Shown: positions 7,452 through 15,074, numbered from the stretch's first letter. The stretch: 49,849 bases of DNA from a bacterium (GCA_007280275.1 QYQB01000173.1:1-49849), one strand, 5' to 3'. Notes: generated by a model from the sequence alone, not told the origin. A program made the numbers and translations.

Positions 7452-8474
7452 ATGTCAGCACAACGCAAACTGTATCTTACCAAACGCTCCAACGGTTATT
7501 ATTATGTCGGTTATTTCGACAACAGTCGTCTTCGCTGGAAAACCACCCAGCAGAAGACGAAGCCCGAAGCCCTTGAGTTTCTGAAGCAGTTCCTACCCAA
7601 CACTGAGCCTGTCAAAGAAGAGATGACGCTGTCACAGCTTCTTGATTCGTTCAGCCGACTGCATGGTGCTTCTCTTCGATGCCGCACACTCGCCGGTTAC
7701 GAAGATTCAACGAAAGAGTTCGTGCGCATCATTGGTGATAAGCTCATCAGCCAATATACATCAGCTGATGTTGAGACATTTAAGAACACGCTTCTCGCGA
7801 ACAAGCTGACACCGACCACTGTCAACATCCGCTATCGCTCTGTCAAAGCCGTGTTTGGTTTTGCCCTGCGCCATGAGTATCTACTGAGAAGCCCCTTCGC
7901 CAGAACATCCTCCATCAAGACAGCACAGAAGACGCCGATGTATCTGACGAAAGAAGACCTGCACGCCCTGCTCACGAAAGTTAAGAACCCAACCCTGAGA
8001 GATTTGTTCCTCTTCGCCGCGTTGACTGGTTTGAGACTTGCTGAGATAACCAATCTCAAGTGGTGCTCATTCGCGAACAATCAGATTGAAGTCAAAAACG
8101 ATGAGACATTCACCACCAAGAGCGGTAAGCAACGAACCGTTCCCTGCCATCCAATCGTGCTTGAGATTCTGAAGCGACGAGAAGCCCAGCGCCGCAACGC
8201 AGACTACATTTTTGCCAAACGCTCCTCTGGTGCAAAATTCTCAGAGAGCTATGTCAGTCACCAGTTCAAGCACTATGTGACCAAAGCAAAGCTCGATGCC
8301 CGCCTACACTTCCATTCATTACGACATACAACAGCATCGACATTAGTGAACGCTGGTGTCTCGATTTACGAAGTGCAACTTCTGCTTGGTCATTCTTCAG
8401 TTGCGACCACGATGGTATATTCGCATTTAGCCGAGTCGCGATTGACAGAGAGCATGAACCGCCTTGACCTGTAG
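7452..8474 (+). CDS. int: Tyrosine-type site-specific recombinase / phage integrase
   Basis: Catalytic signature: TGLRLAEITNLKW (Arg), HSLRHTTAS (His-x-x-Arg) and LLGHSSVATTMVYSH (His...Tyr). The N-terminus has a SAM-like core-binding region. The gene sits next to the tRNA fragment. Confidence 0.92.
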   Translation: MSAQRKLYLTKRSNGYYYVGYFDNSRLRWKTTQQKTKPEALEFLKQFLPNTEPVKEEMTLSQLLDSFSRLHGASLRCRTLAGYEDSTKEFVRIIGDKLISQYTSADVETFKNTLLANKLTPTTVNIRYRSVKAVFGFALRHEYLLRSPFARTSSIKTAQKTPMYLTKEDLHALLTKVKNPTLRDLFLFAALTGLRLAEITNLKWCSFANNQIEVKNDETFTTKSGKQRTVPCHPIVLEILKRREAQRRNADYIFAKRSSGAKFSESYVSHQFKHYVTKAKLDARLHFHSLRHTTASTLVNAGVSIYEVQLLLGHSSVATTMVYSHLAESRLTESMNRLDL

Positions 8475-8539
8475 AAACAAAAAAAGCCCGACTAAGTTAA
8501 TAGTCGAGCTTCTTCTTGCGCCCTTCCTGCTGAACCACA

Positions 8540-8806
8540 TCACACAACGCCGACAGTATCATTCCTGCTGACAGACTCCAGCCCTGCCGCCTCTGTCGCT
8601 TGAAGTTCCTCTCCCCAAGCGAACAAGAACAACAGTCTCAACGCCTCCAAGTTTGTCTGAGCGACGAGAGCATTGCCCTCCGCTGTTGTATCACCACCAA
8701 CCGCCAGCCGTGTGAGATTTTGAACCATCAGCTTCCAGTCCGTATTATGCTTCACATACTCTCCGATGCTGACTGGTGCCGCTGGTATTTTCTTATGTCT
8801 TCCCAT
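8540..8806 (-). CDS. Hypothetical island protein (88 aa)
   Basis: The internal ATG at 8806 is preceded by AAGGAGGAAGG, so the listed upstream start at 8863 is less likely. Sequence MGRHKKIPAAPVSIGEYVKHNTDWKLMVQNL... I recognise no motif. Confidence 0.6.
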   Translation of the reverse strand: MGRHKKIPAAPVSIGEYVKHNTDWKLMVQNLTRLAVGGDTTAEGNALVAQTNLEALRLLFLFAWGEELQATEAAGLESVSRNDTVGVV

Positions 8807-8894
8807 TTTCCTTCCTCCTTGCCATGAACATTGTAACTGAGCTTCGCTCAGAGCTGAAGCCATCTACCATCTTCAGCCTCCATCCTCCCAAAAA

Positions 8895-8938
8895 CATCCT
8901 GAGTGAACCACGCAGTGATTGAGACGCTGTTTTTCTCA
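8895..8938 (+). repeat. Copy 1 of a 44-51-nt island repeat ending in a hairpin
   Basis: catcctgagtgaaccacgcagtgattgagacgctgtttttctca compares with copy 2 catcccaagtgaaccacacacgcagtgtgtgctgagacgctttttgtctca. Indels of non-multiple-of-3 length argue for DNA/RNA-level rather than protein-level conservation. Confidence 0.7.
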
Positions 8939-9083
8939 ATACCGTCACCGCTGACCAGAGTCCTGATGCCCATACCAATCATCAGCATCCTTGTCAGCAG
9001 TGAACCTGTCGTCGAGCTTGCGCTCGACCTTCGCTTCGCTCAGGTTCCCTTGATATTCTTTCTACAGCATCCATTCCAAAACA

Positions 9084-9134
9084 CATCCCAAGTGAACCAC
9101 ACACGCAGTGTGTGCTGAGACGCTTTTTGTCTCA
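9084..9134 (+). repeat. Copy 2 of the island repeat (ctgagac-gcttttt-gtctcag hairpin)
   Basis: See copy 1. The stem is ctgagac/gtctcag with a gcttttt loop. Confidence 0.7.
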
Positions 9135-9480
9135 GCAAAGCCCGAACAGCTTTGACTGCGTCACGACATCAAACAACGATGTCGTGCTTTACAATCACAT
9201 CAGAATAAAATCTCCACAGCGTTACAGCTGCAACAGCCTTGTTACGACAGAACAGAATAATCCATTAGTAGAAAAATCATTCTCGAACCAGCACCTGTAA
9301 CCGTAGCGTGTGAACGGACCATCTGATGTTTGTGTCTGTCTGCCAGCGTCTTGTCATCGACGAGCAAGCTATTACCCTTGCCTTGAGCCATCAGTTGATG
9401 TGTCGAGCCCCTTGATATTGATTACGCAACTAATAAGCGCGACACGATGTGTATATGATATAAGTATAGCAGCAAAATCA

Positions 9481-9780
9481 ATTAAACTCGTTTTCGAGCT
9501 CATACCAGCACCTTTTTTTCTGATACCCGCTGATAACCAGTCGATACCGTCTTGTAGCCGTTCCCTCATCGTTCCTACTGCCTATAGATATAATTTTCCC
9601 ATGATAGAGTTCAAGATACTTTTCGATATCGTCATTTTTCTTCAGATAGATCCAGCATACCCACCCGTAGAGCCAGATGATGCCGTGTCACCCCTGAAGA
9701 CCACCCACCACCATCAGTGCCGCTGTCTGGCGCAAGTCGCAGACAAAATCAGAGCGTTCCATCAACATCCTACTGAACAC
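9481..9780 (-). pseudogene. Candidate disrupted gene: a 30-codon GTG/ATG-initiated frame, an in-frame TGA (9690..9688), then a 69-codon protein-like frame with no start codon
   Basis: My own translation is VFSRMLMERSDFVCDLRQTAALMVVGGLQG*HGIIWLYGWVCWIYLKKNDDIEKYLELYHGKIISIGSRNDEGTATRRYRLVISGYQKKRCWYELENEFN*. The downstream part contains no in-frame ATG, GTG or TTG, which explains its absence from the ORF track. Confidence 0.3.
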
Positions 9781-10142
9781 CAGCGACTGGATACCTTGAA
9801 AACCCTTCGGTTACCAACAACCTCTTCATATCGCCAGTCTTCCGACCGCGTTCTTCCTGACTCAACCACTCAGAATGTCGCCAAAACCATCCCTCCCCGC
9901 TGGCGCGTGTCTCTACCATCGCTCAGAGACCGAAGACCGCACCTACCACTGTCTCCGCCCGATTGCCGCCGTTCCTGAGAGCTGGTTGAGATGTGATTTC
10001 TCAGTTGAAAATAGAAGTAAGAAGAAGTGATGAGGCGGGGTGCAGCAAAATAATCGTGATGCCAAATCTCAAACGCGCTCAAAACATGAATGTGCCGTGT
10101 CTGTATATCGACGCTGGTTCCTGCCATTAGCTCAACATTGCT

Positions 10143-10158
10143 GTCTCGATATCGAGAC
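10143..10158. promoter_or_regulatory. Perfect 16-bp palindrome GTCTCGATATCGAGAC (candidate operator) upstream of CDS 10218..10697
   Basis: It lies 60 bp upstream of ATG 10218 and 16 bp upstream of the minus-strand ATG at 10127. The GAGAC half-site recurs in the 8895 and 9084 repeats. Confidence 0.5.
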
Positions 10159-10217
10159 CGTTACTACGCGACAAAATCACTGATGCCTTATACCTATTAC
10201 AAACGAGAGAGCCCGAC

Positions 10218-10697
10218 ATGAACTTCTTTACAGAAACGAACGAAGAGATAAAGACAGCAGTCGCCGCCCTGCTCAACGCAGAGCTATCAAGCATCAAGCG
10301 CGTAACATTCGCCGTATCATACCCACAGAACAGAAAGCCGTCAGTGGTGACGATTGAAGTGTCGCCATCGCCAACCCTTCAGTGTCTTCTGTTCATCTAC
10401 ACACGCGGCAGAACGCTATACGATGTGATTTCGTATCGCAGCAAACGATTTGTGAGGGTGAGCAAGAACCGAGAAGCCATTGAGCATATCGACCGCATCA
10501 ACCATTATCTGTTGACGCATGTCGCCAATGTGATGCCGTATGCACCGAAGAGCATTCACGAAGAAGACAATGACGAGCAGGAGAAGCTGAAGCAGAAAGA
10601 CCTACAGTTACAGCAACTCAAAGACCGCAATCGTGTCGATAAGAACACGATTCAGAGCCTGAGAAGCCAGATGAAAATGCTGAGACAACGAAAGTGA
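10218..10697 (+). CDS. Hypothetical island protein (159 aa) with a charged coiled-coil C-terminus
   Basis: The ATG is preceded by gagagag. The C-terminus reads EEDNDEQEKLKQKDLQLQQLKDRNRVDKNTIQSLRSQMKMLRQRK. A strong terminator hairpin follows. Confidence 0.7.
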   Translation: MNFFTETNEEIKTAVAALLNAELSSIKRVTFAVSYPQNRKPSVVTIEVSPSPTLQCLLFIYTRGRTLYDVISYRSKRFVRVSKNREAIEHIDRINHYLLTHVANVMPYAPKSIHEEDNDEQEKLKQKDLQLQQLKDRNRVDKNTIQSLRSQMKMLRQRK

Positions 10698-10713
10698 CCG
10701 AGTTGAAACTACG

Positions 10714-10750
10714 AAAGAAGCCCCAATCAATTCCAACTGGGGCTTCTTCA
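10714..10750. terminator. Bidirectional intrinsic terminator between convergent genes
   Basis: agaagcccc-aatcaattccaact-ggggcttct forms a 9-bp GC-rich stem, followed by tca tca. Confidence 0.65.
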
Positions 10751-10791
10751 TCATCAGCCGGTCTTACATCATTCAAGGGGGCGAAGAAGAG

Positions 10792-11304
10792 TTAGTGTTG
10801 TTTGACAAGCACGAACACTTCGGTCTCAGGGCTTGGCCCGCTATAGGAGAGCGTATCTCCATTGGCAGATAGAATACAAGGGCCCCACGTTCCTATGAGC
10901 CTCGCATCTATCGGAGTGCTCTGACCCGCCGCAGACACAAATACCCCACTTGTATCTGTAATTGTTACTTGCCCCGATGTAGTGACCGAGCCTCTAGAAC
11001 TCCATATTGTCTTGCCGCCAAGTCCCGAGCCAACTGTGGTGTTAGTACCGGTCCTGTTCCCCGCAAACGTGTTTTGCGTTCGCGTAACAAAATCGCATAT
11101 CCACGAAATGGTTAGCCTCTTGCCGTAGCCCATATCAAAGTAACTTCCACCTCCCACCCAGTGTCCAGCTAAAGACAGGTAAGTCGGCGAAACAACGGGA
11201 CCAGTTGAGGAGTCATCTTTTTTGCACCCCTCAACAGTGAAGAGAAGAAAGAGGAATGATAGAAGGAAGAAACCGGTTTGATAGGGCTGGAGATGATTCT
11301 TCAT
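10792..11304 (-). CDS. Lipoprotein of unknown function (170 aa)
   Basis: Signal peptide plus lipobox: FLLSFLFLLFTVEGC. The mature part is rich in Gly, Thr and Ser. GGAG-type SD (aaaggagc) upstream. Confidence 0.75.
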   Translation of the reverse strand: MKNHLQPYQTGFFLLSFLFLLFTVEGCKKDDSSTGPVVSPTYLSLAGHWVGGGSYFDMGYGKRLTISWICDFVTRTQNTFAGNRTGTNTTVGSGLGGKTIWSSRGSVTTSGQVTITDTSGVFVSAAGQSTPIDARLIGTWGPCILSANGDTLSYSGPSPETEVFVLVKQH

Positions 11305-11425
11305 TGCTAAGCTCCTTTCATCTGTGGGAGTCCAACGTCAACATCGCATTTCAGCGAAGTAGTTGACCAAGACATTACCAACAATTGTCCGCACGTTTCA
11401 TGACGTCGTCACGGAACCAGATGTC

Positions 11426-11650
11426 TCTCCATCACAGCCAACAGGGTTTTCTGGAACGGTAGGAGGGGAACTACTGATGCAAAGTTACTGAGCCGACAAT
11501 CCATTGTCAACTCTTCTGACGCAGAACGAGTAAGAGTCGAGACGCAATTTGTTTTTCCTGAGATATAGTTTTATCTTGTTGTCAGAAATGACAAATACTG
11601 AAATCTCGTGTTGAGTAAGATGTTCAACAACAGCGCACATTTCAACACTT
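11426..11650 (+). repeat. Right copy of the diverged tRNA-Arg upstream region (partner 6569..6790)
   Basis: See 6569..6790. In this copy block 3 lies 142 nt from the tRNA start, against 361 nt in the left copy. Confidence 0.75.
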
Positions 11651-11690
11651 TCAGAGTTTTGGCAAACCTGTGGTCTTTCGCTTTTGACTT

Positions 11691-11764
11691 GCACCCATAG
11701 CTCAATTGGATAGAGCATCAGACTTCGGATCTGAGGGTTGGGGGTTCAAATCCCTCTGGGTGCA
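11691..11764 (+). tRNA. tRNA-Arg (anticodon TCG), 74 nt, no encoded CCA
   Basis: Folded by hand. Acceptor GCACCCA/TGGGTGC, D stem GCTC/GAGC, anticodon stem TCAGA/TCTGA, loop CT-TCG-GA, T arm GGGGG-TTCAAAT-CCCTC, discriminator A. Confidence 0.93.
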
Positions 11765-11974
11765 CAATAGGTCAATCATTCAGGTCCCGCCCTTCGGCGG
11801 GATTCTCATTTCGACTCTGAACTTAGCTTCGCTATGCTCGCTAAGTTCAGTCGAAATGGAAGTTGGGCCCGCCAGAAGGATTGGCGGGTAAGGGTTCTCC
11901 GCCTTCAGCAGAAAGCGCTTTCCGCCAAAAAGATGGCGGACAAGTCGGCGGACAGGGAGTCCCTCTGGGTGCAC
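11765..11974. repeat. Gene-less block of hairpins ending in a 15-bp copy of the tRNA 3' end (11960..11974 matches 11751..11765)
   Basis: Hairpins seen: cccgcccttcggcggg (11786-11801); tcgactctgaacttagc...gctaagttcagtcga (11811-11854); cccgccagaaggattggcggg; ccgccaaaaagatggcgg. Then tccctctgggtgcac repeats the tRNA terminus. Confidence 0.7.
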
Positions 11975-11979
11975 CATAT

Positions 11980-12004
11980 AGTTGTCAATTGTGAATTGAC
12001 AACT
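11980..12004. promoter_or_regulatory. Perfect inverted repeat AGTTGTCAATT-gtg-AATTGACAACT
   Basis: It has 11-bp arms and a 3-nt loop, and starts 6 nt after the tRNA 3'-end repeat. TTGTCAA also occurs in conserved block 2 (ccattgtcaactc). Confidence 0.4.
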
Positions 12005-12397
12005 GATAATTGGCAATTGGATCCGCGATTTCTCACAGCTCACCTCAAGAAGAAGAGCCCGGCTCGCGTCGACTCGTTTGCGATGGTCTGGGTTCATTTC
12101 GTAATCATCCCTCATCTCCGATATTCCGTTTCCCCTCTTCCAGCCTCTCCTCACCTCGACCGAGCACTGTGTCTGCTATTATGAGACAGTTTCTCTGAGT
12201 GAGTCACATTCATAAATCCAACGGGATCGACGAGCGCCCAGTCCTTTCCACCATCTTCTTCTTGTTAAGTGATTGTTCCGCCGTGGGTTCTCGTAGTCAT
12301 GAGCGCCTCTTCACTGTGGGAAATCAGGGCACATGTGATCCGGGAACAGAGTTTGCTGAGTACTTAGGATGCCTTTGGGCACTGTGACGTCCGTCAT

Positions 12398-12426
12398 TTG
12401 ACATGATTTCCAAAATGTAGTATACT
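12398..12426 (+). promoter_or_regulatory. Near-consensus sigma70-type promoter for the pilin-like operon
   Basis: TTGACA (12398-12403), a 17-nt spacer, then TATACT (12421-12426), about 88 nt upstream of ATG 12514. Confidence 0.6.
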
Positions 12427-12513
12427 TCCTCAAGCATTTTTCCACGAATAGTGGAACCAAAGGGGCCCCCGGAGACCCTGGCAGGAATCTTGAACTGAGG
12501 GAAGCTGGAGACT

Positions 12514-13071
12514 ATGAACACAGGACAAACCATGTTGACCATCGGCGCCCTTATGCTTCTGAGCATTTCGGTGATGTCGACGAATCGCTCTTCGCTGCAG
12601 CACGGGGCGATTATCAACCAGACAGAGATCAGCCTTTACTCGGTCTCCCTGGCTCAAGCAAAAATTGAAGAGGCTTCAGGACAGGCATTTGATACATTTA
12701 GCTCAACGGACACAGCTGAAGCCGGAGCTGTCATCACAGCGCTGACCCAACTGTCAAGTACTCTCGGGAAGGAAGCTGGGGAAACCTACACGTCTGAGAA
12801 GGTCAATAATTTTGACGACTTCGACGACTACAACTACTTCAGCGGCACCAATCCGTACAAACTTTATGTCCCTGGAGTCGACACGTTCCGCATCCAGACA
12901 ACAGTATTCTACGTGGATACCGCGAACCCGGGGGTAGACGCCGGAACGCGAACCTGGCACAAGAGAATGATCGTCAAGGTCTGGCCGACAGTGACACCCT
13001 GGGGAGGAGCGAATCCCAAACCAGATACAGTCACGATGTCCTACATCTACAGTTACTGGTGGTTCAGGTGA
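12514..13071 (+). CDS. Minor-pilin/pseudopilin-like protein (185 aa) with a non-canonical N-terminus
   Basis: A single N-terminal hydrophobic helix, MNTGQTMLTIGALMLLSISVM, with no GFxxxE motif. The C-terminus ...WHKRMIVKVWP... resembles the terminal strand of PilV/GspI-like proteins. First gene of a tightly spaced trio. Confidence 0.5.
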   Translation: MNTGQTMLTIGALMLLSISVMSTNRSSLQHGAIINQTEISLYSVSLAQAKIEEASGQAFDTFSSTDTAEAGAVITALTQLSSTLGKEAGETYTSEKVNNFDDFDDYNYFSGTNPYKLYVPGVDTFRIQTTVFYVDTANPGVDAGTRTWHKRMIVKVWPTVTPWGGANPKPDTVTMSYIYSYWWFR

Positions 13072-13075
13072 TCTT

Positions 13076-13708
13076 ATGGGAACTAGCACGATTTTCGATA
13101 TCATCGGATCAGCGATTGTTGCCGGTATGCTTCTTCTCACCGCTCTCAGGCTCAACGCACAGGCCAACGAGACGACGCTCGTCTATAACGGCAGCGTCAG
13201 GCTTCAGCAAAACATGGTGGCGCTGGTAGAGTGGGTCGAGCACGACTTCCGCCGAATCGGGTACTGCAAAAACTATACGAAGATTCCGTTTCCGACGCAG
13301 TCTATCCGGGTAGCCGACTCATCGAACATCACGTTCTGGACTGACGACCAGAGCACGGGAAACCTTGACTCGGTTCGCTGGTACATCGGTCCCACAAGTG
13401 AGATGTCTTCCACACCGAATCCCCGCGACCGGAAGATATATCGCAAGATCAACAATACAACTCCCGTGGGTTGGAATCTTGGAGTGACGCAATTCAAGCT
13501 GGAGTACTACAATTATGCCGGCACCGTGTTGACGACTCCCGTCGCTCAACCGTCGGCGATCTACTCCATGCAGATTTCAATTGTCTGTGAGAGCCCGTTC
13601 ACATTTCAGGAACAGTACCGAGCAACGAAAACGGCAGATTCGCTGGCGGATTTCCAGGTACAGTGGAGACAGCTCCGGATGGCAGCGAAAAATCTAAGGA
13701 ATCGATAA
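13076..13708 (+). CDS. Minor-pilin/pseudopilin-like protein (210 aa; PilW/GspJ-like)
   Basis: It starts 5 nt after the previous stop. N-terminal helix MGTSTIFDIIGSAIVAGMLLLTALRL. The motifs ...FRRIGY..., ...ITFWTD... and ...VRWYIG... are typical of PilW/GspJ-type proteins. Confidence 0.5.
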   Translation: MGTSTIFDIIGSAIVAGMLLLTALRLNAQANETTLVYNGSVRLQQNMVALVEWVEHDFRRIGYCKNYTKIPFPTQSIRVADSSNITFWTDDQSTGNLDSVRWYIGPTSEMSSTPNPRDRKIYRKINNTTPVGWNLGVTQFKLEYYNYAGTVLTTPVAQPSAIYSMQISIVCESPFTFQEQYRATKTADSLADFQVQWRQLRMAAKNLRNR

Positions 13709-13725
13709 GGCGAGAGGAAGAACGT

Positions 13726-15000
13726 ATGGGACGAACATCGTTACTCATGGTGTTGGGCTACAGCGTTGCGCTGATACTTATGGGATTCAGTCTTTCACAC
13801 GTTTCCACGAGAGCATACGAGAACTCGCTGGAGTACCATAACAGAGCAGTCGGACACAGTTTGGCGGCCAGCCTCGCGAATATGGGCTGTAATGTGATCT
13901 ACAGAGTACCGAACTCGTTCCCAAGGTGGAGCAATGTTTCACTGGGAGGCGGCACGGTGAGCCTCTATACCAAAACGGTCCCAGGCATAGCAGCTCCCGG
14001 AGCTCCCACGCCGACAAATGTACAGTTGATGGCAACAAGCGTCTACCCCGCCGGTAATCCCCCTCCCGCTGATGCCTACAGAGACACGGTGATAATCGAA
14101 TGGGGAGTGAGCAGTTTCGGGAGATTCGCTTATTACAGTGGCAGCGAAGGTCCCAGCGGTGGCAAGATAAACTGGGCGACGTCCGATACGGTCTTTGGAC
14201 CGTTTCACACGCAGGATAAAGTGACGGTAAACGGCTCTCCCGTTTTCTGGGGTAAGGTGACGAACAAACTTGGATTGACCAAGAATCCATCGAACTCGAC
14301 GCCACAATTCAATGGCGGATATCAAACGGGAATTGACATCCCGATGCCGAGCGATTTCAACCCGCTGAAAAACGCGGCGCTCGCAAATGGGAGATATCTG
14401 CATGGCAAAGACCTAACCCTGACTTTCCATTCCGACAGCACGATGACGATCAAGGGGTTAATCACCACACCGGTCGCCAAGGATACGATCGTGCTCCTGA
14501 GGACCTTCGTGCCAAACGGAGCTCTGGTCATTGACACCGCCAACGTCCGGATAAAAGGGAAATTCACTGGTCAATTGACGCTTTCCGTTCAGTCGGGAGG
14601 CAGTTCCAGCAAAGGGAAAATGTACCTTGATAGCAGTGTCGCCTATGCGCATGATCCGTTGGATCCAGCTGCGAATTCGCAAGACATCCTTGGCCTTTGC
14701 GCCACAGACAGTATCGTTATCACGAACAATACCAATAACGCCAGCGGTATTACCATACAGGCTGCCTTGTTCTCGTTGAACAAGGGTCTCGGCGCCGAAC
14801 AATACGACAATGGGATTTCACGAGGAAGAATCAATTTGACAGGGGGCATCTCGCAGAAACAACGTGCTGCTGTGGGTTTGGTGGGGGGCGGCTCGGGATA
14901 CTCAAAAAGCTATCGTTACGACAATCGACTCATGACCCAGTCACCGCCATTCTATCCGACGACGGGGAGCTACATGATCCTCTCGTGGTATGAGAAGTAG
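13726..15000 (+). CDS. PilX-N-terminal / DUF4900-like large pilus-tip-type protein (424 aa)
   Basis: ATG 13726 is preceded by GAGAGGAAG, so the listed 13663 start overlaps the upstream gene. N-terminus MGRTSLLMVLGYSVALILMGFSL. The C-terminus ...GRINLTGGISQKQRAAVG...GYSKSYRYDNRLMTQSPPFYP matches the usual end of PilX-like/DUF4900 proteins as I recall them. Confidence 0.55.
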   Translation: MGRTSLLMVLGYSVALILMGFSLSHVSTRAYENSLEYHNRAVGHSLAASLANMGCNVIYRVPNSFPRWSNVSLGGGTVSLYTKTVPGIAAPGAPTPTNVQLMATSVYPAGNPPPADAYRDTVIIEWGVSSFGRFAYYSGSEGPSGGKINWATSDTVFGPFHTQDKVTVNGSPVFWGKVTNKLGLTKNPSNSTPQFNGGYQTGIDIPMPSDFNPLKNAALANGRYLHGKDLTLTFHSDSTMTIKGLITTPVAKDTIVLLRTFVPNGALVIDTANVRIKGKFTGQLTLSVQSGGSSSKGKMYLDSSVAYAHDPLDPAANSQDILGLCATDSIVITNNTNNASGITIQAALFSLNKGLGAEQYDNGISRGRINLTGGISQKQRAAVGLVGGGSGYSKSYRYDNRLMTQSPPFYPTTGSYMILSWYEK

Positions 15001-15074
15001 GTGACTCGTCCCGTCACCTACTCTGAAATGAGTTGTTGTGCAGGTGGATAGAGGAAGTTTGAATCACGAAGCAA

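Larger units (their letters stand above)
7050..11764. mobile_element. Integrated genomic island at tRNA-Arg(UCG), bounded by 39-bp direct repeats and carrying a tyrosine integrase
   Basis: The 39-bp exact repeats lie at 7050..7088 and 11691..11729. The integrase gene starts 364 bp inside the left repeat. The enclosed DNA looks more AT-rich by eye than the flanks (not computed) and carries only hypothetical genes. Confidence 0.75.

Noticed and set aside
9310-9978. 222-aa plus-strand ORF, the longest ORF in the island core
   Set aside because: Its composition is implausible (Cys/Pro/Ser/Leu-rich, e.g. VCVCLPASCHRRASYYPCLEP...). There is no SD and I recognise no motif. It runs antisense to the only protein-like frame in the region. 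It looks like a chance or antisense ORF.
9582-10127. Possible TGA stop-codon reassignment in the island. The minus-strand frame starting at ATG 10127 has four in-frame TGA codons and no TAA or TAG over 546 nt.
   Set aside because: The 88-aa (8540..8806) and 159-aa (10218..10697) island genes end on TGA at sensible lengths, and the integrase ends on TAG. The read-through translation is Arg/Ser/Gly-rich and not protein-like. TGA is also the expected commonest stop in this base composition. Homologous elements could be checked, but I do not claim recoding.
11780-12387. ORFs 11780..12154 (-), 11834..12184 (+), 12010..12198 (+) and 12199..12387 (+) downstream of the tRNA
   Set aside because: They run through the hairpin block and the tRNA 3'-end repeat, overlap each other on both strands, and lack an SD or any recognisable motif.
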